64,000 nt of DNA from Oscillospiraceae bacterium (GCA_015065075.1 SVRA01000001.1:12234-76233); one strand, 5' to 3'; numbered from the stretch's first letter, positions 10,225 to 20,014 are shown. Program-made: numbers and translations. The notes: generated by a model not told the origin, from the sequence alone.

Positions 10225-11433
10225 TTATTTTTCTATGAGTAGATTCATCAGCCCGTGACCGTGAGGAACGTAAAGTCCCGTTTTTATCGCTTCGTCCTCG
10301 GAGAACGTTGTACAACCGACCTTTTCCTCCTTTGAGGAGTAGATCATAAAGGGCACGGGGTCGATAGTGTGCGTACGCAGACGAGTGGGCGTGGGATGGT
10401 CGGGAAGGATCATAATTTTGAAATCCTCACCGCAATTTTTCAGATATTCGTAAACGGGTGCAAGGATCTTTCCGTCAATCAGCTCGATCGCGCGGACCTT
10501 GTTCTCAACTTCGGCGCGGTGACCGCACTCGTCGGGTCCTTCAACGTGAATATAAACGTAATCTGCACCGTCCTTGAATGCCGAGATCGCCGCCTGCGCC
10601 TTGCCGTCGTAGTTGGTATGTACGTTACCCGTAGCACCCTCAACGTCGATAGATCTCATTCCCGCGCAAAGACCGATGCCCTTGATAAGATCGACCGCCG
10701 AGATGACCGCCGCATCAAGTCCCCACTTTTCCTTGAAGGAGGGAAGAGCGGGCTTTTTGCCGGGGCTCCAGAGCCAGATCGAGTTTGCAGGGCGAAGACC
10801 GCGTGCGCGGCGAGCTTCGTTGACGGGGTGATGATTAAGAATATCCCAGCTTGCTTTCATCAGCTCGTAAAAGACCTTGCCGTCCTCTCCCGAGGGCAGA
10901 TAATTTTTTATCGGCTGACCGAGAATGTCGTGCGGACGCATAAAGTTATAAGTGTCGCAGCCACCCTGCCAGAGTATGCAATGACGGTAGCTGACGCCCG
11001 TGTAGAAGCGACGGATCTCATTTCCAAGCTCCTTGTCGAGCGCTTTAATAAGTTCATCTGCCTCGGCAGTCGTGATCTCGTCGGCGCTGTGATCCAACAT
11101 TATCTTTTCGTCGTATTCGCCCTCGTCGGAAAGCGTGACGATGTTGCATCGATAAGCGACCTCGTCCTCCTTCATCTCAAGGCCCATGCTGACTGCCTCA
11201 AGAGGAGAGCGTCCCTTGGAATAAACCTTGGGATCAAAGGAAAGTATTGCCATATTTGCGGTGTCGCTTTCGGGAACCATGCCCTCGGGCACGTTGGAGA
11301 CCAAGCCAACGGTAGAGCGCGCACATAGCGCGTCAGTGTTCGGCTTGTTCGCTGCCTCCATGGGAGTTCTGTTGCCGAGAGCTTCTATTTTTTCGTCTGC
11401 CATTCCATCGGGGATCAGCACAAGATATTTCAT
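10225..11433 (-). CDS. apgM: cofactor-independent phosphoglycerate mutase (ApgM type)
   Basis: 402 aa. MKYLVLIPDGMAD, HVEGPDECGH and ILPDHPTP motifs belong to the archaeal-type iPGM family. Confidence 0.9.
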   Translation of the reverse strand: MKYLVLIPDGMADEKIEALGNRTPMEAANKPNTDALCARSTVGLVSNVPEGMVPESDTANMAILSFDPKVYSKGRSPLEAVSMGLEMKEDEVAYRCNIVTLSDEGEYDEKIMLDHSADEITTAEADELIKALDKELGNEIRRFYTGVSYRHCILWQGGCDTYNFMRPHDILGQPIKNYLPSGEDGKVFYELMKASWDILNHHPVNEARRARGLRPANSIWLWSPGKKPALPSFKEKWGLDAAVISAVDLIKGIGLCAGMRSIDVEGATGNVHTNYDGKAQAAISAFKDGADYVYIHVEGPDECGHRAEVENKVRAIELIDGKILAPVYEYLKNCGEDFKIMILPDHPTPTRLRTHTIDPVPFMIYSSKEEKVGCTTFSEDEAIKTGLYVPHGHGLMNLLIEK

Positions 11434-11663
11434 GATTTCAACTTCCTTTCCGTAGGAAAAATAAAAAATAATACTACATTATACATTATACCACGACCGA
11501 GCGCGGAAAACAACATTTTTTTCGCTTTTTTAAATATTTCTAATATATTGATAAATAAAAGCACCTGTATTTCACCGAAATTTAACATATTGACGATGAT
11601 TTCTGTTGCAAAGACGGCAGTTTTATGATATACTTATACCGTAAAGCGTAAATTCAGATCAGA

Positions 11664-12344
11664 ATGGAGAGAAAAATGAACGAAGAAAATAAATCTGGCG
11701 TGATCCGTATGAATGCGGATGCCAGAAAGAAAAATAAGATAATAATAATCTGCATTTTTGCGGCGTCGCTATTGCTCTTGCTGGTGTGCTCGCTGATACC
11801 GGGAATTCTAAGGAGTAACGGCGGCAAGCCCGACAGAGAAGAATACACCGTCGACCCCTCCAAGCTTGCCGACACCAAGGAGGAGGACTTCGACATACTC
11901 GAGTACGAGGAATATCTGAAGTATGACCGCACTATACAGTATTGCTACACAGCAGGGGTGCAGGTCAGCGTCAACGACAAGACTCTGTCAAACTACGATG
12001 CGAGCTTCAGACTTATATATGAGCTTATCGGCACGCTCATAGCAGGGGATAGCGACGCGTATAATGAGCTGGTGCACGAGGACGTCGGACATTTTGACAG
12101 CTTCACGCAGCAGCAGGTCTACGACGTCGTGGTAACCAAATATAGCGAGACCACTAAGCAGAGCGAGGCAGGCAAGATCTATTTTGAGTACGTCTATGTC
12201 GTTGAGTATAAGATACACGAGAACAACGGTACTTACAGAAAGGATATTGAGTCGGATGCCTGCCGAGCGCAGTATTTCGTTATCAATAACAGCACGGGCG
12301 AGCTGCTGATCATGGATATCTTCAGCAAAACCCATGCAAACTGA
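11664..12344 (+). CDS. hypothetical membrane-anchored protein
   Basis: 226 aa. One N-terminal TM helix (IIIICIFAASLLLLLVCSLI). No recognisable domain. Confidence 0.6.
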   Translation: MERKMNEENKSGVIRMNADARKKNKIIIICIFAASLLLLLVCSLIPGILRSNGGKPDREEYTVDPSKLADTKEEDFDILEYEEYLKYDRTIQYCYTAGVQVSVNDKTLSNYDASFRLIYELIGTLIAGDSDAYNELVHEDVGHFDSFTQQQVYDVVVTKYSETTKQSEAGKIYFEYVYVVEYKIHENNGTYRKDIESDACRAQYFVINNSTGELLIMDIFSKTHAN

Positions 12345-12410
12345 TGGGATTTGTACAATGTGTACCAAAAGTGCACTGAAAAATTGTTTATATTTTTTGC
12401 GCGAAACGTA

Positions 12411-12439
12411 TTGACAATCACGCGACTGCGTGATATAAT
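12411..12439 (+). promoter_or_regulatory. consensus sigma-70 promoter for the nfeD/SPFH operon
   Basis: TTGACA, a 17-nt spacer, then TATAAT (12434-12439). Confidence 0.6.
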
Positions 12440-12502
12440 TGAGTTAAGATAAAACAATCACAACCGATTGCATATCTGTTAACACAGCAAGGAGGCGTTA
12501 TA

Positions 12503-12946
12503 ATGGAAGAATACGTAATGACGATCGTATGGGCGTCGGTATTCGTCGTTTCTATCGGAATCGAAGCGGCGACGGCAGAGCTTGTGGCTATCTGGTTTCT
12601 GCCGGGAACGGTAGTGTCACTCATTTTGTCGCTTTTCGGAGTAGCCGAATGGGTGCAAGGAGTAGTCTTTGCAGCTATTTCAATCGTGCTTTTCGTGCTC
12701 GCATTTACCGTGATCAGAAAGCGCATATTGAAAAAGAGCGATGCAAAGACCGATCTCGATCTTCTGATAGGTCAGCGTGCAAGAGTCGAGGAGGATATCA
12801 ATAATCCTGAGATGAGAGGCGCGGTAAAGATCGACGGAAAGGTCTGGAGTGCGCGAATGATCAACGATTCCGACACCGCAGCGGTGGGAGAATACGTTAT
12901 AGTAGAAAGCATCTCGGGAGTCAAGTTAAACTGTAGAAAAATTTAA
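12503..12946 (+). CDS. NfeD family membrane protein
   Basis: 147 aa. Two to three TM helices followed by a C-terminal OB-like segment (GQRARVEEDI..GAVKIDGKVWSAR). Located upstream of an SPFH gene. Confidence 0.88.
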   Translation: MEEYVMTIVWASVFVVSIGIEAATAELVAIWFLPGTVVSLILSLFGVAEWVQGVVFAAISIVLFVLAFTVIRKRILKKSDAKTDLDLLIGQRARVEEDINNPEMRGAVKIDGKVWSARMINDSDTAAVGEYVIVESISGVKLNCRKI

Positions 12947-12980
12947 GCTACATAGCTGATTTAAGAAAGGAAAAAGTATT

Positions 12981-13946
12981 ATGACAACAGCTTTATTTAT
13001 GAACGTAATGGCTATGAATCAAGGCGCTCTCGTGGCATTGGCAATAATCGGAGTTCTGCTTCTGATCATTATTATGTCCAATATCCACGTTGTTCCTCAG
13101 GCGAGAGCGTACGTTATCGAGCGACTCGGCGCATACCACGCTACGTGGGGCACGGGACTTCACTTCAAGATACCCTTCATCGATAGGATCGCAAAGAAAA
13201 TAAACAAAATGGAGCAGGTCGCAGACTTCCCGCCCCAGCCCGTTATTACCAAGGATAACGTAAGAATGCAGATAGACACCGTCGTGTTCTATCAGATCAC
13301 CGACCCCAAGCTTTATTCCTACGGTCACGCGACCCCTATGACCGCGATCGAAAATCTCACCTCCACCACTCTTCGTAATATCATCGGTGAGATGGAGCTT
13401 GATGCAACGCTCACCTCGCGTGACGTTATCAACTCGAAGATGAGATCTATACTTGACGAGGCAACTGACCCTTGGGGAATCAAGGTAAGCCGCGTAGAGC
13501 TTAAGAATATCATTCCTCCCAAGGAAATTCAGGACGCGATGGAAAAGCAGATGAAGGCAGAGCGTGAAAGACGTGAAGCTATTCTTCGTGCAGAGGGTGA
13601 AAAGAACTCCGCAATTCTGCTTGCAGAAGGACGTAAGCAGTCTATGATCCTTGACGCAGAGGCAGAGAAGCAGTCGCGCATACTCCGTGCGGAAGCAGAG
13701 AAGCAGTCGCAGGTGCTCAAGGCAGAGGGTGAAGCTGAAGCTATCCTTAAGATCCAGCAGGCAACCGCAGACGGTATCAAGATGATCAACGAAGCGAAGC
13801 CGGGCGAGGGTGTTATCGCGATCAAGAGTCTCGAGTCGCTTGAAAAGGTAGCGAACGGTCAGGCGACCAAGATCATCATTCCCTCCGAGATCCAGAACGT
13901 AGCAGGACTCGTAGCGTCCATCAAGGGCGTAGCTGAGGAGAAGTAA
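12981..13946 (+). CDS. SPFH/band-7 (stomatin/QmcA-like) protein
   Basis: 321 aa. TM anchor, an SPFH core (VVPQARAYVIERLG...TKDNV...D) and a repetitive AEAEKQS coiled-coil tail. Confidence 0.92.
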   Translation: MTTALFMNVMAMNQGALVALAIIGVLLLIIIMSNIHVVPQARAYVIERLGAYHATWGTGLHFKIPFIDRIAKKINKMEQVADFPPQPVITKDNVRMQIDTVVFYQITDPKLYSYGHATPMTAIENLTSTTLRNIIGEMELDATLTSRDVINSKMRSILDEATDPWGIKVSRVELKNIIPPKEIQDAMEKQMKAERERREAILRAEGEKNSAILLAEGRKQSMILDAEAEKQSRILRAEAEKQSQVLKAEGEAEAILKIQQATADGIKMINEAKPGEGVIAIKSLESLEKVANGQATKIIIPSEIQNVAGLVASIKGVAEEK

Positions 13947-13988
13947 TTTACAAAGCTTATTAACTGATTTCAATAGGAGGATAAGACT

Positions 13989-14543
13989 GTGGATCCGTTT
14001 TTGTGCATAGCCCTTATAGTACTCACGGTGATAGGCGTTACACTTTCCGTTCTCATAATCAAGCGCGTTTTATGCTTGAATAAAATAAAACGCGCCTGGA
14101 ACGGCGAAGTTATTTATTGCCGGAGCCCTCTATCTTCAGTTTTTTCGCACGACGGTAAGGTCGATCTATTGCTTAAGGATCAAGAAAAAGAATACGCCGT
14201 CTCCATATTTACAACGTCGTTTCGCAAATCAAGATATCACTTTGCAAGCGATAAGCAGTTAGAGATAATTATTGAGAAAACTGCGGCATATCTGACAAAT
14301 CCCAAAAATTCGCACGCTAATTTGACCACGACGGATCGCGTGTACACAATAAAAAAGCACCGCATCGATCTTGACGAACTCTCGACACACTCGGCAGAGA
14401 ACAGATACATAATTGTGAATCCTGCCCCGAGGGCAGTGTCCAAGGTTTCAGGCAGCACGGTAGAGCAATTATACGATGGCGACGAGCTTGTCAACGGCAT
14501 ACGCGTTGTTGGTCTTAAAGGATTTTTAGAAAAGATATCTTGA
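13989..14543 (+). CDS. hypothetical membrane-anchored protein (GTG start)
   Basis: 184 aa. N-terminal TM helix, with RBS aggagg 8 nt upstream of the GTG. Confidence 0.55.
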   Translation: MDPFLCIALIVLTVIGVTLSVLIIKRVLCLNKIKRAWNGEVIYCRSPLSSVFSHDGKVDLLLKDQEKEYAVSIFTTSFRKSRYHFASDKQLEIIIEKTAAYLTNPKNSHANLTTTDRVYTIKKHRIDLDELSTHSAENRYIIVNPAPRAVSKVSGSTVEQLYDGDELVNGIRVVGLKGFLEKIS

Positions 14544-14645
14544 TCAAATAAAGGGGCGGATTTGCAAAGACTTTACTGTTGCGGACTCCGCCCTATTTAA
14601 ACAAAATATTATCAAAACAAACCGACATTTCACAAAGGATCTCCA

Positions 14646-15185
14646 ATGAAAAAAATAACCTTTCTGATCTACACCTTTATCATCGCCACCACGGGAATAT
14701 TCGCGCTGATATTCAAGCAACACCTTGTTATAGGCTTGGAGTCCTTAATTCCCGTTGCCGTTATGGCGTATATGTTATTCATTGGCTATCAGTCGTATAA
14801 AAACAGAGTCTACTTCCGTCACGGCAGATGGCACAGTTATTCCGACTCCTTTGATTTCAAATATTCAAAAAATTCAAAGGGAGAAGGTAAATTTCAAATC
14901 ATCGATTCGCGCGAAGGTCCCAATGTTGTTAACTTGATCTTGGGATATACGATGTTTATCGGAGCAGCGCTCAATATACCGTTGATCATCTTTGGTTCAT
15001 TTATAATTAAAGCGTTCAGCGTAGCGATCATGCTCGTAGCCTTAGGCGTGGGCATCGTAGCATCTCTCCCGATTGAGATAAAGGAAACCAAGCAAGCCAA
15101 GGAAGCAGAAAAAGCAAAATACGAGCAGTGGAAAAGGGAGCTCGAAGAGCAGAAAAAGCGCGAGGAACTCGGCAAATGGAAATAA
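14646..15185 (+). CDS. hypothetical integral membrane protein
   Basis: 179 aa. About four TM helices and a charged EK-rich C-terminus. Confidence 0.6.
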   Translation: MKKITFLIYTFIIATTGIFALIFKQHLVIGLESLIPVAVMAYMLFIGYQSYKNRVYFRHGRWHSYSDSFDFKYSKNSKGEGKFQIIDSREGPNVVNLILGYTMFIGAALNIPLIIFGSFIIKAFSVAIMLVALGVGIVASLPIEIKETKQAKEAEKAKYEQWKRELEEQKKREELGKWK

Positions 15186-15195
15186 CCCATAAAAC

Positions 15196-15229
15196 CAAAA
15201 ACACGGAAGCCTGAACTTCCGTGTTTTTA
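15196..15229. terminator. bidirectional rho-independent terminator between convergent genes
   Basis: aaaaacacggaag-cctgaa-cttccgtgttttt, with an A-tract on one side and a T-tract on the other. Confidence 0.75.
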
Positions 15230-15230
15230 A

Positions 15231-16544
15231 TTATCTTCTTCTCGTATATTTCCCGTGAGAATTATATCTATTTACGTATCTGTAAATAAGCACCGCCGCA
15301 AGCAGCACGACAAAGCAAATTATTGTCGCAACAAACGCGCGGCTCATCGTGTACGAGCCGATCTTGTCGATGACTACCATTATCGAGTTCGCTTCATAGC
15401 TATTTTTCAGCAGCAGATCGACCTCGCCAACCTTGTCGCCATCCGCCGTTGCGATTACCTTACCGATGACCGTGCCCTCCGCAATAGGCGCTTTCAGATC
15501 CTTGTCAATTTCGACGTGATACGAAACCTCGCACCCCGCAGGAACGTAGACCGTCAGATCATCTGCCGCAATATACGGCGCATCGTTCGCTGCAATCCCT
15601 ACAAGACCGATATTTGTCGTACCAACCTGCGCGCCGGCAGGGAATATCTGATAGTCGTTATACGTCTTACAGACCCAATTTGCAAGCACGTTCACGCTGT
15701 CGTATGCGTAAATTTCACTGCCGTCGGCATTTTCCTTGCCACCAAGCAAGACGCAGACGTATTCGGCTCCGTCGTCCTCATCCTCGATCAGAGTGACGAT
15801 GCTCCAGCCGCCCGCCTCACCCGAGTAGCCTGCGTTCAGCCCCTTGCATTTCGAGTTGTAGTAGCTTCCGTTTGTCACGGAGCAGACGAGATAATTGCGG
15901 TTGTATATCGTTCTTTTGTCGCTCTTGTTGGTCGCCTTGACAGTGTGACTGACCGCCGAGCAGACCGTCATGTAAAGCTCGTTATCCGATGCGGCAAGCG
16001 CGATCTTGAGCGTGTCGTACGCCGTCGTGATCATAGAGCTGCTGTCGGGATAGCCGATGGGATTGACGTAATTGGTCGCCTTCGCTCCAAGCTCAAGAGC
16101 GCGGGAATTCATCATATCCACAAACCCCGAGCCTCCGCAAAGGTAGGCAAGCGCATAGGCAGCGTCGTTGTATGAGCCGCATATCGCGCCGTATAAAAGG
16201 TCCTCGATCTTGATCCTCTCGCCGACGGATAGCGACATGCTGTATCCCGAAGCGCCCGAAATCATATCCTCCGATATAGTCACTGTCTGGTCGAGCCTGT
16301 CGGCAAGCGTTTCGCACGCGATAAGACCCATCATTATCTTCGCGCTCGTCGAGGTGTTGAGCATTGCAAACCCGTTTTCCTCAACGATATACCGCTTGTG
16401 AGTCTTGTCGTACAAGACGATCGCCTCGCCTCCGTCAACCTCGGGCGTATCGACCGCTACAGCAGGTATGACCGATAAAATTGATGCCAAAATTATGAAA
16501 AGCGTTGCCACGATCGCGGCAAAACGCCTTTTTTTATTTATCAT
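15231..16544 (-). CDS. D-alanyl-D-alanine carboxypeptidase (S11/PBP5-DacB-like) homolog with degenerate active-site motifs
   Basis: The ORF runs to 16604, but MINKKRRFAAIV at 16544 has the strong RBS aaggaaaggag. Signal anchor, S11-like core including SYNDAAYALA (SxN) and a C-terminal TM helix. The SxxK position reads TSAK and the KTG position reads NAG. Confidence 0.8.
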   Translation of the reverse strand: MINKKRRFAAIVATLFIILASILSVIPAVAVDTPEVDGGEAIVLYDKTHKRYIVEENGFAMLNTSTSAKIMMGLIACETLADRLDQTVTISEDMISGASGYSMSLSVGERIKIEDLLYGAICGSYNDAAYALAYLCGGSGFVDMMNSRALELGAKATNYVNPIGYPDSSSMITTAYDTLKIALAASDNELYMTVCSAVSHTVKATNKSDKRTIYNRNYLVCSVTNGSYYNSKCKGLNAGYSGEAGGWSIVTLIEDEDDGAEYVCVLLGGKENADGSEIYAYDSVNVLANWVCKTYNDYQIFPAGAQVGTTNIGLVGIAANDAPYIAADDLTVYVPAGCEVSYHVEIDKDLKAPIAEGTVIGKVIATADGDKVGEVDLLLKNSYEANSIMVVIDKIGSYTMSRAFVATIICFVVLLAAVLIYRYVNRYNSHGKYTRRR

Positions 16545-16654
16545 AGCAACTCCTTTCCTTCTTTTTCCAGAACCCTTTTTGAAAAAAGGGTTCTGGACTC
16601 CCAAAAACTTCCCGCAAGGTGTTTAATGGAGTTTTTTAGTTGATTTTACAAAAA

Positions 16655-17611
16655 TTAAAATTCTCGACCGCTAAAATATCTGATAGAAGCATCAATATCT
16701 CTACCGATCTGCTCCTTGAGTGCGTCAAGTGAGTCAAATTTCTTCTCCTCGCGCAAAAGCTCGTAAAATTCCACGGTCACATTTTTGCCGTAAAGGTCGC
16801 CCGAGAAGCCGTGAATATAGGTCTCGCAGTTGACCGCGTGAGAATCCGCCTCGTCCGAAATGGTCGGACGAACACCGACGTTGGATACTGAAGTCATACG
16901 ATTGCCGTCAACGGTGCATACAGTAGCGTAAATTCCGTTTTTCAGCTTTACCGAATCGGTGGGGAAGAGCTGATTTGCGGTCGGGAAGCCCCATTCGCGA
17001 CCAAGCCTTTTGCCGCCGATTATTTCCGCGGTAAGCGAGAAGGGTCTGCCGAGCATAGCGTTCGCCTCGGATATCCTGCCGCCCTCAACGTAAGAGCGAA
17101 TGACTGACGAGCTCACCGTCACTCCGTTGTGCTTGATCTCTGGAACTGCGACCACGTTTTGCCCGCCAAGTGCGGCGGCAAGAGTCGTAGGATTGCCAAG
17201 CCCCTTGTGCCCGAAGCGGTGATTGTATCCGCACACCGCGCCGACACAACCGAGCTTATCCACGAGCACGTCACTAATAAAGGACTCCGCGCTCATAGAG
17301 CAAAAGTCCTCAAAATCTCCCACGGCAACGAAATCGAGCCCGAGGGAGAGCATCATATCTACCTTTTCCTCAAGAGATGTCAGCATAGGCACCTTCGTTT
17401 TGAGAATAAACGAAGCAGGCGGCATAGAGAAACACCACGCGCCAACCAGCTTTGCCCCCACGCGTTCTGCAAGCTCTATTGCACTTTCCAAAAGAGCGCG
17501 ATGCGCTATGTGAACGCCGTCAAAGGTTCCAAGCGCCACAACGCTGTTACCTAAGGGCGGGGAGTCGACCTGACCGTCCCTTGTGATAATTCTAAAATTT
17601 GATAAAGTCAT
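16655..17611 (-). CDS. ribF: bifunctional riboflavin kinase / FMN adenylyltransferase
   Basis: 318 aa. GTFDGVHIAHRAL, with a C-terminal riboflavin kinase region (GFPTAN). Confidence 0.94.
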   Translation of the reverse strand: MTLSNFRIITRDGQVDSPPLGNSVVALGTFDGVHIAHRALLESAIELAERVGAKLVGAWCFSMPPASFILKTKVPMLTSLEEKVDMMLSLGLDFVAVGDFEDFCSMSAESFISDVLVDKLGCVGAVCGYNHRFGHKGLGNPTTLAAALGGQNVVAVPEIKHNGVTVSSSVIRSYVEGGRISEANAMLGRPFSLTAEIIGGKRLGREWGFPTANQLFPTDSVKLKNGIYATVCTVDGNRMTSVSNVGVRPTISDEADSHAVNCETYIHGFSGDLYGKNVTVEFYELLREEKKFDSLDALKEQIGRDIDASIRYFSGREF

Positions 17612-17922
17612 TTCCTTAAATTTCGTGAATCTATCTCGTCGGCGACAGAGTCAATGTAGCTCTGTACCATCTGCTTGAGCAGCTCGTCGCGCTCCAGCTT
17701 TCCAATAAGTGTTCTTGCGTTTTTGTAATTCGTAATGTGGGTGGGGTCTTCCGAGATAATGTATCCCACTATCTGCGATACGGGGTCGTATCCGCCCTCG
17801 CGAATTGCCTCGCAGATATCGAAAAGCAGCTGCTTCTGATCGATCTCCCCCTCGGGCACCGAGATCATAGGCTTGCTTTTCGCCTTGATTATAATTCTAT
17901 CCTTGTTATTTTCGAGTACCAT
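17608..17922 (-). CDS. IreB family regulatory phosphoprotein (UPF0297)
   Basis: 104 aa. EGGYDPVSQIVGYIISEDPTHITNYKNAR...ERDELL matches the IreB family signature. Confidence 0.88.
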   Translation of the reverse strand: MVLENNKDRIIIKAKSKPMISVPEGEIDQKQLLFDICEAIREGGYDPVSQIVGYIISEDPTHITNYKNARTLIGKLERDELLKQMVQSYIDSVADEIDSRNLRK

Positions 17923-17940
17923 TTCTACCTCAATAGATTT

Positions 17941-18504
17941 TTAATTGTCCGACCTGTCGTCCGCGACAGACGAAGACGCCGAGCCCGTAAGCTGCTTGCG
18001 GTCGATAAGCCTGTTCCTTTCGCCGACCTTTTTGAATACCGTCATCAGAATGCAATAAACCAAGCTGTTGATGAAAAATACCGCAACGAAGTCTGCTGGG
18101 TGCAGTCTTGCTATCATAGAGCTTTCCGACAACGACTCGCCGAACTTGACCAATCCCGTGATAAAGCGTACACCACCTGAACAAAACGCCTCAAAGCCAA
18201 AAAGAAGGCTGAAAAGAAAATGAATAACCGAGGCGAGAGCACAGGAGATAAACGTTCCTATTATTGAACATTTTGCACTCTTGTATCCGTCGCGATAAGC
18301 GACAGCGGAAAGGGTTGCGTTTACTCCAAGCGTGTATATCACCGTGCGGATGATGCACAGCGTAAAGTAATCGATCGCTACGCACACGTCCACGATCTTT
18401 ACAAGCAATATCTCGGCGCACATGCAAACGAGACAAGCGGCGAGCATAGAGAATAGGTATATCAACGAATCGACGGCAACGTCGAAGATCCTTGCCTTTT
18501 TCAT
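17941..18504 (-). CDS. hypothetical integral membrane protein
   Basis: 187 aa. Five to six hydrophobic helices. No recognised motif. Confidence 0.55.
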   Translation of the reverse strand: MKKARIFDVAVDSLIYLFSMLAACLVCMCAEILLVKIVDVCVAIDYFTLCIIRTVIYTLGVNATLSAVAYRDGYKSAKCSIIGTFISCALASVIHFLFSLLFGFEAFCSGGVRFITGLVKFGESLSESSMIARLHPADFVAVFFINSLVYCILMTVFKKVGERNRLIDRKQLTGSASSSVADDRSDN

Positions 18505-18507
18505 ACC

Positions 18508-19098
18508 TTAAAACGTTTTTCCGTAGCAAAGCTCTGAGAGCATAGCGTCGGAATGTCTCTTGATGAGCGAAGCGTAGTATGCAACAACTATTATTTCAAG
18601 CGCCTGGGAGAGTCTTTCTCTCGCACCGGGCATCTTTTCCTGATAGTCCTTGGTCTCCTCCTCAATAGCAACGCGAACCGAGCCGAGAGAGCAGACCTCA
18701 TAGGTCATAAGTCTGTCAAGAACTCGGCATATATAGTCGTAGAGCACCGAGTCCTCGATGATATCGTCGCTTGCGTCGTCGAGCTTTCCGTTAATGTATT
18801 CGATGAGGAACGCGATCTTATCAAGCTGCATGCAAGAGCGAAGCATATTGATAATAAGAATGTGTGCAACCTGATCGATGCTGTATTTTTTCAGCTTTGA
18901 ATTCATTACCCAGCCGCGCTTGGTCCAGTTTTGCAGGGTAGTACCGTCAATGCCCGAGATTTCGCGTATCTGCGTGAGCATAACTCCGTTTGAGATAAAG
19001 AAGATTTTAGAGAGAAATTCAAGTCCCGTAACACCGCCCATTTCCGAGCGAAGAAGCTTTGTACCGGGAATAAGCTCGTCCTTGATCTGAAGATTCAT
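18508..19098 (-). CDS. DUF1836 domain-containing (MerR-like HTH) protein
   Basis: 196 aa. MLTQIREISGIDGTTLQNWTKRGW...KKYSIDQVAHILIINMLR is the DUF1836 pattern. Confidence 0.75.
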   Translation of the reverse strand: MNLQIKDELIPGTKLLRSEMGGVTGLEFLSKIFFISNGVMLTQIREISGIDGTTLQNWTKRGWVMNSKLKKYSIDQVAHILIINMLRSCMQLDKIAFLIEYINGKLDDASDDIIEDSVLYDYICRVLDRLMTYEVCSLGSVRVAIEEETKDYQEKMPGARERLSQALEIIVVAYYASLIKRHSDAMLSELCYGKTF

Positions 19099-19242
19099 AA
19101 ATCAAATTCCTTTCAAAAAGTCGCAATTTTGATAATATATTTTTTAACATATTATATCATATCATACGGTCGCGTGATTGTCAAGTAATTTCACAAAAAA
19201 TATAAATATTCTTTTCTGCGCCGACATAAATTAATAAAAAAC

Positions 19243-19923
19243 GTGATCGGAGAGATAATTTTGAGAAAGATCAGATACGGACTTGGTGGAATTCTGCTGT
19301 TTCTGGCATTAATGATATGTAACGGAGTAAAACCCTTTGTCATATACGCTTTGGCGGCACTTTTGCACGAGGCAGGACATATTTTGGCGGCAAAAATGCA
19401 AAAGATCAAGCTAAAAGAGATAAAATTCGGCATATTCGGCGCAAAAATAGAGACCGACGCGCGCTTGATCTCGTATAAAAGCGAGTTTTTTCTCGCCCTG
19501 GCAGGCCCACTGGCAAATCTTGTCTCCGCCGCGATAATTTTCGCTATTTCAAGAGCAAGTGGAGCTTCGGCACTCGAGCTTTTTGAAAAAGCGTCGGAGC
19601 TGTTGGAGTCGGGGCAGAGCGACACGCTGGGCTATCTTGGTTTTTTTGCGGTATCCTCGCTCGTACACGCGGTCACAAACCTTGTGCCGATAGCAAAGCT
19701 TGACGGCGGCAGAGTGCTGTATTGTGCCGTCGCTGCGATTTCAAATGAGGGATTTGCGGAAAGATTTTTGTCGGTCACCACCGCGATCTCGCTTTTTGCT
19801 ATCTGGACTATGGCTCTCTATCTGATGCTGAAAATATCGTCGGGGATCGGCATATATGCCTTCGCATTTTGCATCTTTCTGACCACGTTGAAGCAAGATA
19901 ATTCAGAGGAAAAAACCAACTAA
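19243..19923 (+). CDS. site-2 protease family (M50, SpoIVFB-like) intramembrane metalloprotease
   Basis: 226 aa, GTG start. HEAGH zinc motif in a TM helix, plus NLVPIAKLDGGRVL (the NxxPxxxLDG motif). Confidence 0.85.
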   Translation: MIGEIILRKIRYGLGGILLFLALMICNGVKPFVIYALAALLHEAGHILAAKMQKIKLKEIKFGIFGAKIETDARLISYKSEFFLALAGPLANLVSAAIIFAISRASGASALELFEKASELLESGQSDTLGYLGFFAVSSLVHAVTNLVPIAKLDGGRVLYCAVAAISNEGFAERFLSVTTAISLFAIWTMALYLMLKISSGIGIYAFAFCIFLTTLKQDNSEEKTN

Positions 19924-19926
19924 AAA

Positions 19927-19999
19927 TTTGCGAACAGTTCGCAAAAGCCCTTGACAAATTGATTGATCTGTGGTAAAATATTTGCAAATCATTCGCATA
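19927..19999 (+). promoter_or_regulatory. zur operon promoter flanked by two related 9-1-9 palindromic operator candidates
   Basis: tttgcgaac-a-gttcgcaaa (19927-19945) is a perfect inverted repeat. It is followed by TTGACA (19951), a 17-nt spacer with TG, and TAAAAT (19974). A second related box, tttgcaaatcattcgcata, lies at 19981-19999. Confidence 0.6.
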
Positions 20000-20014
20000 T
20001 TTGGAGGCAAATCA

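Noticed and set aside
12993-13973. 326-aa minus-strand ORF
   Set aside because: It is fully antisense to the well-supported SPFH gene, so it is a shadow ORF.
19970-20014. ORF-track 5' extensions for zur (19970). The same issue applies at 51493, 53153, 54185, 58330, 26755, 28017 and 16604.
   Set aside because: The extensions overlap promoters or upstream genes and lack an RBS. Internal starts with GGAG-type RBS and family-typical N-termini were preferred.
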